Assembly: GCA_964507075.1 (NCBI GenBank) | Contig: CAZDOL010000005.1 | Span: 12,164 to 23,336, forward strand | DNA: 11,173 bases | Reading direction: 5' to 3' | From: an uncultured Gammaproteobacteria bacterium | GTDB taxonomy: Bacteria; Patescibacteriota; Patescibacteriia; UBA2591; UBA6264 | Part shown: piece after piece, positions 1-5,900 of the stretch | Position numbering within the stretch: position 1 is the first letter of the stretch | Layout: each line of letters starts with the position of its first letter | Notes under the pieces: model-generated | The model's input: the letters and a program-made list of their open reading frames with translations, nothing else | Told to the model about the DNA's origin: nothing | Databases searched by the model: none | Program-made: the position numbers and the translations under genes

Positions 1-82
1 AATTAAATTACCTTGATGTATTATACAATAAAATTTAATTTCAAGGTTCTGACGAGCGGAGCGAGGAATGGTTCTTACAATT

Positions 83-862
83 TCATTTTTTCACTTTTTT
101 ATTATCTTTTTCGCCTTCCTTGACTTTGCTTGGAACCTCATCTTTATTTTCCTTTTTGCCGACAATAACCGCCTCTGCTACCAATCTGGTGATTAGCTCC
201 ACTGATTTTAAGGCATCATCGTTGGCTGGAATAGGCCAATCTACCAATTCTGGATTGGCATTTGTGTCTATTATAGCTATAACAGGAACCTTACACTTTA
301 TGGCCTCCAATAAAGCTGTTTTTTCATGAATGGCATCCACAATATAAATTAAATCTGGCTTTTTTTTCAAACTACTAATGCCTCCAACCATTGTCTTCAA
401 TTTCTCCAACTCTCTACTTAAATCCAAACGTTCTTTTTTTGTATATTTCTGCCAGGCATCAGATTCTGATTCTTCTGACATCTTGTTAAATTTGTCAATT
501 AACTTGAAAATTGTAGAAAAATTGGTCAAAGTTCCCCCCAACCATCTTTGGCTGATATAGGGAACGCCTGCCTTTTGAGCATATTTTTCAACAATATCCT
601 TAGCTATGGGTTTGGTACCCAAAAAAAGAATATTAGAGCCAGCGCTTATTTGTTCTATCACAAAATTAACTGCTTCTTGCAATTTAATAACTGTTTGGTC
701 TAAATCAATAAAATGAATGTTATTCCTTGATGCGCAAATAAATGGCTTCATTTTCGGGAGACATTTATTCTTGAGATGTCCTAATTGCGCGCCAGCCTCA
801 GCCAATTCATCGGCAGATGGTATTGAAATAGGAGTATGCTTTGCTTTAGATTGAGTAACCAT
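83..862 (-). CDS. rpsB: 30S ribosomal protein S2
   Basis: The translation carries the S2 signature stretches: AGAQLGHLKNKCLPKMKPFI (compare GxHFGHxxxxWNPKM), ILFLGTK, and GVPYISQRWLGGTLTNF (compare RWLGGxLTN). It also has IYIVD and VPVIAIIDTNANPELVDWPIPANDDALKSVELI (compare IPxxAxxDTNxDPxxxDxxIPxNDDAxRxI). Relative to classical S2 there are about 15 extra N-terminal residues and a Lys-rich C-terminal tail (KKENKDEVPSKVKEGEKDNKKVKK). The stop is TGA at 83-85. Confidence 0.93.
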   Translation of the reverse strand: MVTQSKAKHTPISIPSADELAEAGAQLGHLKNKCLPKMKPFICASRNNIHFIDLDQTVIKLQEAVNFVIEQISAGSNILFLGTKPIAKDIVEKYAQKAGVPYISQRWLGGTLTNFSTIFKLIDKFNKMSEESESDAWQKYTKKERLDLSRELEKLKTMVGGISSLKKKPDLIYIVDAIHEKTALLEAIKCKVPVIAIIDTNANPELVDWPIPANDDALKSVELITRLVAEAVIVGKKENKDEVPSKVKEGEKDNKKVKK

Positions 863-912
863 AAGTATTACTATTTTAATTAACTAACTTTTTAAGATTT
901 ATCAACAATTTT

Positions 913-940
913 ATTATAACAAACAAAACCCAAATAGCAA
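913..940 (-). promoter_or_regulatory. Candidate sigma70-type promoter for rpsB
   Basis: The minus strand reads TTGCTA (935-940), a 16-nt spacer ending in TGT (an extended -10 TGn), then TATAAT (913-918). It lies about 50 nt upstream of the rpsB ATG at 862. No Shine-Dalgarno sequence is visible in front of that ATG. Confidence 0.5.
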
Positions 941-965
941 CCCCATTTTTATAATAAATTAACTC

Positions 966-994
966 TTGACAAATTGGGTAAAATGTGCCATAAT
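966..994 (+). promoter_or_regulatory. Candidate strong sigma70-type promoter for the 1042-1608 gene
   Basis: TTGACA (966-971), a 17-nt spacer ending in TGC (extended -10 TGn), then CATAAT (989-994). An A/T-rich UP-like tract lies just upstream (946-965). It sits back-to-back with the rpsB promoter candidate, with 25 nt between the two -35 boxes. Confidence 0.65.
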
Positions 995-1028
995 ATCAAT
1001 AATGTTCTTTCAAGGAAGAATAAAAAAA

Positions 1029-1034
1029 AGGAGG
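1029..1034 (+). promoter_or_regulatory. Shine-Dalgarno sequence (AGGAGG)
   Basis: A perfect AGGAGG lies 7 nt upstream of the ATG at 1042. It is the only clear SD I can see in front of any gene in this window. Confidence 0.7.
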
Positions 1035-1041
1035 TGCTAAA

Positions 1042-1608
1042 ATGAAAATAGCACTTAAGTTGATTGTAATAGTATGTATTATCGTCTTTCTGACCCTCTC
1101 TTATGTTGGGATGAGAAAGAATCATCAAGTTGTTGGGAAGTTGGATTACGATTGGAATCAAAAAATCAAGGAGATTGGGAAAAATATTGATGCCAATACT
1201 GCAATGATTGACAAAAACACCACAACCATTGATTCCAACACTACAGTAATTGGTGCCAACACTACATTAATTGATGCCAACACTACATTAATTGATGCAA
1301 ATACTGAGTTAATTGGAAAAAACGCTACGGCAATTCAGACGCTTTCTGATGCACACAAAGAACTTGCAAATATCGTATATGCCCACGGCCGAAAAGTAAA
1401 TCGTGTAATTTGGGAATTAGTTTTCAAAATTGCTTATGGAGACACAGAAAAAGCCCGCATCACCTGGAATCAATACTGCAAGTGCACAAATCTTCCTTTA
1501 TGGGAAGAGGCTGTTTCCATGTTGAGCCAAAAAGAAGCTGAAAAATTGCTCAAGATTAATGAGATTCAATCTAAGATTCAGGCCATTGATGATCAATTAA
1601 ACCAATAA
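1042..1608 (+). CDS. N-terminally membrane-anchored coiled-coil protein with seven IxxNTxx (N@d-type) heptads; function unknown
   Basis: The 188-aa ORF has its own promoter, SD and terminator. Residues about 4-24 (KIALKLIVIVCIIVFLTLSYVGM) form a hydrophobic anchor. Residues 49-97 are seven consecutive heptads: IDANTAM IDKNTTT IDSNTTV IGANTTL IDANTTL IDANTEL IGKNATA. The C-terminal ~90 aa are unrecognised, contain CKC, and end in a short coiled-coil-like stretch (INEIQSKIQAIDDQL). Confidence 0.8.
   Translation: MKIALKLIVIVCIIVFLTLSYVGMRKNHQVVGKLDYDWNQKIKEIGKNIDANTAMIDKNTTTIDSNTTVIGANTTLIDANTTLIDANTELIGKNATAIQTLSDAHKELANIVYAHGRKVNRVIWELVFKIAYGDTEKARITWNQYCKCTNLPLWEEAVSMLSQKEAEKLLKINEIQSKIQAIDDQLNQ
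1186..1332 (+). repeat. Seven tandem 21-nt coding repeats (period of one heptad)
   Basis: Units start at 1186, 1207, 1228, 1249, 1270, 1291 and 1312. Units 4 and 5 (attggtgccaacactacatta and attgatgccaacactacatta) differ at one base. Confidence 0.9.
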
Positions 1609-1624
1609 TACCTACAACAAAAAA

Positions 1625-1660
1625 AACCGAGGTGGATTTATCATCTCGGTTTTCTCGTTT
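1625..1660 (+). terminator. Rho-independent terminator of the 1042-1608 gene
   Basis: The stem AACCGAGGTGG (1625-1635) pairs with TCATCTCGGTT (1641-1651), giving 11 bp including two G-U pairs, with the 5-nt loop ATTTA. It is followed by TTCTCGTTTT and lies 17 nt after the TAA stop. Confidence 0.7.
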
Positions 1661-1669
1661 TATATAAAC

Positions 1670-1702
1670 AAAAAGTTTGGGAACTCGGTTCCCAAACTTT
1701 TT
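1670..1702. terminator. Perfect-palindrome bidirectional terminator
   Basis: AAAAAGTTTGGGAAC (1670-1684), loop TCG, then GTTCCCAAACTTTTT (1688-1702). This is a perfect 15-bp inverted repeat with an A5 tract on one side and a T5 tract on the other. It lies 20 nt downstream of the stop of the minus-strand 1722-2039 gene and also backs up the plus-strand terminator. Confidence 0.78.
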
Positions 1703-1721
1703 ATTTCTCTATTAAATTCTA

Positions 1722-2039
1722 TTATTTCAAAGCAGACATAAATTCAGTAGTAAAAACATCCAGAGCTTTCTTCACTATCTCTTCATAGTTCTCAATCCGA
1801 GAGCTAAAAAACTCCTGCACTTTGGGATCTTTAGCATCTGGGTTCTCCCCTAGTAATTTCTCATAATCAGCCAAACCTTTATCATCTAAAGCATCCACTG
1901 AAACCAAACCCAATCTTCGCTGGATTTGTTCCATTAGTTTATTTTTATAAAGTTCTAATTCTTCTTCTGGTAAAGTAATGTTTGCTTGCTGAATTAAGCT
2001 ATCAGCAAAAGCTTCTATTGGATTTTTTTCTTCAGTCAT
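1722..2039 (-). CDS. Small acidic, probably all-helical protein of unknown function, partner of the giant protein
   Basis: The 105-aa ORF has no hydrophobic segment and is rich in E/D/L/K. The pattern ITLPEEELELYKNKLMEQIQRRL...LDDKGLADYEKLL...VQEFFSSRIENYEEIVKKALDVFTTEF recalls a small-protein family common in CPR genomes. I believe that family is catalogued as a DUF (possibly DUF5663), but this is unverified memory. It lies 56 nt downstream of the giant gene with no convincing promoter or terminator between them. Confidence 0.72.
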   Translation of the reverse strand: MTEEKNPIEAFADSLIQQANITLPEEELELYKNKLMEQIQRRLGLVSVDALDDKGLADYEKLLGENPDAKDPKVQEFFSSRIENYEEIVKKALDVFTTEFMSALK

Positions 2040-2095
2040 AATAATAATTTATTATAAATTTATAATTTTAAATTAATTAATATACAACCCCTAAA

Positions 2096-5000
2096 CTATA
2101 CTGCATTTATAATAGATCCTGGCATTAGTTGTTTAGCTTTTTCTAGGACTCCATTAATAAGCTTTTGTTGCTGCTCAATAAGAGAATTCATATTGCTATC
2201 CACTAAAGTGTTCGGCGTCCTATTCATTAACTCTTCAAAAGAGTTCATCATACCCGCATGTTCTGTAACCATATTATTTAGCACATTTCTTTGAGTTTCT
2301 ACCGCAGAAAATGATTGCTCCAAAATTGTTTCTTGCCCCGCAATCTGCTCTGCAATATCACCACTATGAAAAAAACGACGCATTGAGCCCCATAAGCCTG
2401 AGGCATCTTTTAGGTTTGTTAATGACTCTAAATTTCCACAAGCAGTATTACATGCATCTGTAGTTTGAAGCAGGCTTCCTTCTGAAAAAGTACTAATAGC
2501 GTCGCTTACACTCTTTATGTTTGTGCCTAATTCCGTCGCTCTATTTTGTATTTCACCACCCAACAAAGAAGACGTTTCTGTAACCTTCTTAACAAACTCT
2601 GCGCCAACTTCGTCGGTCCCACTAAGCAAACGAGCAGCTTCAACTAAATTTTCATTCCCCACCTTACCTATTCCCTGATCTATAACAGAACCAAAAACTT
2701 CTGGATTATGGAGTATAGTCTGTATTTGTTCTGGAGAAGCTTCCGCTCCTATCACTCCAACCGCTCTTTCTTGTATTTCTTGAACAAATCCTGAACCACA
2801 CTGATCGGGGCCTCCCATAATATTCACAGTCCTAAACAATTCTTTGCTGGTTGAGCCATCTATGTCTTTCATTACCTCTCCAATGAATTCGCGATTAGTA
2901 GCAATATTTTTTAAATCTTCTGGCGATAAAGCATTCGCTTTTTCTAGCGCTTCATTCACATCAGTATCTTCAAAAATTTTAGTAAAGTTTAAATCATCCC
3001 CTATCTTCAAAGAGCTAGCATCTCCACCATCAATTCCAACCAAAGCAGGATTTGCCGCCATTTTATCTTTGTATAAATCTATCAGATAATCTTTCTTAGA
3101 TTGGTCTAGTTCGTCCCAACCAGGCACTCTTGGCTTTAATTGATGTTCAGCTAATTTCCAAGATGTATCTCCTTCTTTAACTTTCACGGTTGAATATTTA
3201 GCCATTTTCTCTTCAAACTCTTTTCGGCTTTTCTCTAACTCTTCATCTAAATTAACCTTTGATTCTGTATCTAATGGCACTTTTTCGACTGGTTCTGTCT
3301 TTCCTGGCACTTTTTCGACTGGTTCTGACTTTAAATTTTTCTCGGCAGCCATTTTTTCTTTTTTCTCTCGCATTTTGTCACCGATAAAATCACTTATCAG
3401 ATAACCTGCGGCTCCACCAACAATACCGAAACCATATTTTAATATTTTAGAACGTTTTTGAGCACTTATCCTTTTCTTAACAGATTCTTCAAGGGCGTCA
3501 TTGGTCTTTTCTACATATCCCTTTTCGCCATCTTGTTTATTGCCCAAAAGCTTGTCTAATTTTGTTCTATCAATATCAAAAATTTTATCTTGCAATTTAG
3601 CATGCTCTATTGGATTAGATGCTTTAAATTTTGGGTCTGCAAGTTGTGCTTTAGCTCTAATAATTTCTTCTGGATTATCCATATTTAAATTTTCTGCCGA
3701 AATCTGACCTAATTCTTTAAATCTTTTACTTTTTGATATATACAAATCAGCAGCTGCTGAACCCAATTTCACTCCAGCATAAGCCATTAAAATATTTCTG
3801 ACTAATGGACATGACCTTGCCAATACACCAGCAATAGCAAATATGCCAGCCGTAACTAACTTCTCTCTGGTCTGATTATCTCCTGTTTTAGCTCCTCCCA
3901 AAAACACAGGACTACTTAGAAATGAATCTATTTTTGAAAAAATTTTACCAGCCAAACTTGCTTTGCGCTTAACAAAACCAAGTTCCATAATTTTCTGATT
4001 ATCTTCTAATTCCACTAATTGCGCGGACAGTTTTACTCTTTTTTCTATATCCTCTGGACTCAAACCTCCATCCTGCTCTGTTAGATATTTTTTAATTTGC
4101 TCTTTATGAAACTCTCTTCTCTTGGCATAAAGTTCTTGTAATTTCTTTTTTGATTCAGGATCTTTGGGGTCATACGCTTTCTCTAAATCATTAATTTCTT
4201 TACCTATAGCAGTATGTTCCTTGCTTTCTCCATCAATTTGATTTTGTTTTTCTATTGATAATCTAACTGAAATATCATCATAAAAATTATCAAGCATATT
4301 ATCCATTTCTTTTTTGTCTTCTTTAGACATATCTACTATATCTGCTTTACTCATATCTCCTAAAAGCATATATTTTACTTCGGCCGCGGCCTGTTCTCTG
4401 GCTTGGCGTTCCTTTTTACCATTCAAAAGAGTTTCCACAAGCCTGCCAACACCAATGCCAATGCCAGCGCCAATACCACCCGTAACCGCGCCCAAGGCAA
4501 TGCCACCAATACCATAAAGTGCTATTTTCCCAAGAGCTTTACCCCATTTTTTCCACTTAGATTCTTTACCTGATTTTTTCTTTTTTGTATTTTGATAAAC
4601 AATTTTTTCTAATTTAGCTTTTTGTGTATCTACAATTTTTTGAACCTCTTCTTTGGGAAGATCCATCTGTTCTGATAAAGCATCAATCTTATCCTCATAT
4701 GCTTTATTTTTATCTTGATCCTCTTTTTCGTAAGATAGCGTCATTAAATTTTTAATTTCTGCTTCGCACATTTCTTTAACATTTTCTTTATCGACAAATT
4801 TCACTTTCTCTTTTAATTTTGTCTTTTCTTCTTCGCTGATATCTTCCCTTAAGTCAATTTTTGTTTCATAAAGCATTTCTTTGTCTTCCATGGCTTTCCG
4901 ATTGGCTTCGTCTTCTTTTGCTTTTTCTTCAGGAGTCATCTCCTTGGGACCTTTTGATTTTTTATGTTTAGTGGTATTTTCTACGACTTCTGATTGTTCT

Positions 5001-5809
5001 TCTTTTTTTAACTTACCATTAAGTTCTTCTAATTTTTCTTGTAAATATTTTTCCATCTCTGGAAGATTTCTAAAATCCAAAAGACTTGCGTCTTCGCCAT
5101 TTTCCATTTTATATATCTTTCTGGTGATATCTCCAATTTTTCCTGGGTCTTTGCTCTTGAGAGCTTCTTGAATTTCTTCCATTAACTCTTTGTCTAGTGA
5201 TATTTCTCTCTCTGTAGATACTCCTGTATCCGTGGTTTCTGTACTTTCTGTTTTTTCCTCGGGCTCTCCTGTATTCATGGTTTCTGTATCTTTTACTGTT
5301 TCTTTTGCTTCTTCGGATTTTTTACCTTTAATCACAATCTCTTCTAATTTTTGATTTAATTCAGCAATATCTGTATCTATTGCCGCATTAGTTTCTTTTA
5401 ATTGGCCTCCGCGCAACAATCCCTCATTCGTTTCTTGGGTTTTTTGTTTTTGTTTGATTAAACCTAAAATTTTGGTAGCTCCACTATATTTATCCAAACC
5501 GTCCTGTAGTGTTAATGTTTTATCTTTAATCTCCTGAATATCTGTATCTATTGCCGCATTAGTTTCTTTTAATTGGCCTCCGCGCAACAATCCCTCATTC
5601 GTTTCTTGGGTTTTTTGTTTTTGTTTGATTTGGCTTTGAGAAAAAATAATGTTTTCCTCAGATTGTTTAAGAAAACTTTTAAATTCATCAACTGAATCAA
5701 ATCGCGCTAAAGATTGAGGATCTTTAGCTTCTTGCTCTTTGTTTTCTATATTATCAGAGTTCTTGACATCCTTTCCAGAATCTTTTGGAATATTTTTTTC
5801 CATATTCAT
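2096..5809 (-). CDS. Giant (1237 aa) polytopic membrane protein of unknown function: charged coiled-coil N-terminal region, Gly-zipper TM segments, Pro-rich linker, LysM-like module, unrecognised C-terminal domain
   Basis: An uninterrupted 3.7-kb ORF with its own promoter candidate. There is no signal peptide, and the N-terminal ~420 aa are K/E/D-rich. Hydrophobic segments: ALGKIALYGIGGIALGAVTGGIGAGIGIGVG (DNA ~4440-4545), LVTAGIFAIAGVLA plus ILMAYAGVKLGSAAADLY (~3740-3859), and ILKYGFGIVGGAAGYLISDFIG (~3381-3446). After these come the EPVEKVPGKT/EPVEKVPLDT linker, a LysM-like stretch (2984-3196) and a ~295-aa G/S/T/N/Q-rich C-terminal region. Confidence 0.9.
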   Translation of the reverse strand: MNMEKNIPKDSGKDVKNSDNIENKEQEAKDPQSLARFDSVDEFKSFLKQSEENIIFSQSQIKQKQKTQETNEGLLRGGQLKETNAAIDTDIQEIKDKTLTLQDGLDKYSGATKILGLIKQKQKTQETNEGLLRGGQLKETNAAIDTDIAELNQKLEEIVIKGKKSEEAKETVKDTETMNTGEPEEKTESTETTDTGVSTEREISLDKELMEEIQEALKSKDPGKIGDITRKIYKMENGEDASLLDFRNLPEMEKYLQEKLEELNGKLKKEEQSEVVENTTKHKKSKGPKEMTPEEKAKEDEANRKAMEDKEMLYETKIDLREDISEEEKTKLKEKVKFVDKENVKEMCEAEIKNLMTLSYEKEDQDKNKAYEDKIDALSEQMDLPKEEVQKIVDTQKAKLEKIVYQNTKKKKSGKESKWKKWGKALGKIALYGIGGIALGAVTGGIGAGIGIGVGRLVETLLNGKKERQAREQAAAEVKYMLLGDMSKADIVDMSKEDKKEMDNMLDNFYDDISVRLSIEKQNQIDGESKEHTAIGKEINDLEKAYDPKDPESKKKLQELYAKRREFHKEQIKKYLTEQDGGLSPEDIEKRVKLSAQLVELEDNQKIMELGFVKRKASLAGKIFSKIDSFLSSPVFLGGAKTGDNQTREKLVTAGIFAIAGVLARSCPLVRNILMAYAGVKLGSAAADLYISKSKRFKELGQISAENLNMDNPEEIIRAKAQLADPKFKASNPIEHAKLQDKIFDIDRTKLDKLLGNKQDGEKGYVEKTNDALEESVKKRISAQKRSKILKYGFGIVGGAAGYLISDFIGDKMREKKEKMAAEKNLKSEPVEKVPGKTEPVEKVPLDTESKVNLDEELEKSRKEFEEKMAKYSTVKVKEGDTSWKLAEHQLKPRVPGWDELDQSKKDYLIDLYKDKMAANPALVGIDGGDASSLKIGDDLNFTKIFEDTDVNEALEKANALSPEDLKNIATNREFIGEVMKDIDGSTSKELFRTVNIMGGPDQCGSGFVQEIQERAVGVIGAEASPEQIQTILHNPEVFGSVIDQGIGKVGNENLVEAARLLSGTDEVGAEFVKKVTETSSLLGGEIQNRATELGTNIKSVSDAISTFSEGSLLQTTDACNTACGNLESLTNLKDASGLWGSMRRFFHSGDIAEQIAGQETILEQSFSAVETQRNVLNNMVTEHAGMMNSFEELMNRTPNTLVDSNMNSLIEQQQKLINGVLEKAKQLMPGSIINAV
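3275..3327 (-). repeat. Two tandem 30-nt-period coding repeats (EPVEKVP linker)
   Basis: tggcactttttcgactggttctg occurs at 3275-3297 and again, identically, at 3305-3327. Confidence 0.85.
5366..5630 (-). repeat. Perfect 94-bp direct repeat (2 copies) inside the giant gene, in-frame period 171 nt
   Basis: 5366-5459 and 5537-5630 are identical base for base by my reading. Each encodes IKQKQKTQETNEGLLRGGQLKETNAAIDTDI (residues 61-91 and 118-148). The 77-nt spacer is unique sequence. Confidence 0.95.
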
Positions 5810-5852
5810 ATTTTTAAAATTAAATTATTTATTTTTGACTTTTAATAGTTAT

Positions 5853-5881
5853 AATATAGCAAAAAATAGCTCTTTTGTCAA
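5853..5881 (-). promoter_or_regulatory. Candidate strong sigma70-type promoter for the giant gene
   Basis: The minus strand reads TTGACA (5876-5881), a 17-nt spacer ending in TGC (extended -10), then TATATT (5853-5858). It lies about 45 nt upstream of the ATG at 5809. No SD is visible. Confidence 0.6.
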
Positions 5882-5887
5882 TAAGTT

Positions 5888-5900
5888 GGGGACAGTCCCC
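5888..5900 (-). other. Short GC hairpin overlapping the helicase stop codon
   Basis: GGGGAC-T-GTCCCC (plus strand ggggacagtcccc) is a perfect palindrome. There is no downstream U-tract, so it is not a canonical terminator. It sits directly upstream of the giant-gene -35 box. Confidence 0.3.

Noticed and set aside
10-47. Inverted repeat ACCTTGA...TCAAGGT as an rpsB terminator, and a minus-strand TATAAT at 20-25 as a promoter for the next gene
   Set aside because: The stem is only 7 bp with a 24-nt loop and no U-tract. The TATAAT has only a TTGAAA at a 13-nt spacing, which is too short. This is indistinguishable from AT-rich background.
45-75. CTGACGAG resembling the hammerhead ribozyme CUGANGA core
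   Set aside because: The bases that follow (CGGAGCGAGG) cannot form stem II, and there is no matching GAAA/cleavage-site arm. This is a chance match.
120-560. Plus-strand ORFs 120-329 and 378-560
   Set aside because: Both lie entirely antisense to the well-supported rpsB CDS. Their translations are low-complexity with no start context, so they are shadow ORFs.
949-1161. Minus-strand 70-aa ORF
   Set aside because: It overlaps the promoter, SD and 5' end of the well-supported plus-strand 1042-1608 gene, and it has no signals of its own.
2040-2095. A separate promoter for the 105-aa gene (TATAAT-like hexamers in the gap)
   Set aside because: The gap is almost pure A/T and has no TTG -35 at the proper spacing and no TGn element, unlike the three better candidates. 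Co-transcription with the giant gene is more parsimonious.
2844-5171. Plus-strand ORFs 2844-3089, 3501-3707, 4314-4517 and 4881-5171
   Set aside because: All are antisense inside the uninterrupted 3.7-kb giant CDS. The Pro/Ala-rich translation of 4314-4517 is simply the complement of the Gly/Ala-rich TM codons.
5366-5630. The 94-bp repeats considered as a CRISPR array or mobile-element terminal repeats
   Set aside because: There are only two copies, in direct orientation. They are in frame inside a continuous ORF and encode an identical peptide module. There are no cas or transposase genes nearby.
2096-5809. The giant protein considered as a prophage tape-measure protein
   Set aside because: Length, coiled-coil content, Gly-rich hydrophobic segments and a wall-binding module are all reminiscent of tape-measure proteins. 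However, no other phage structural, terminase or integrase gene is present on either side. The gene has its own promoter and terminator between housekeeping-type genes. I keep this only as an alternative to test by structure search.
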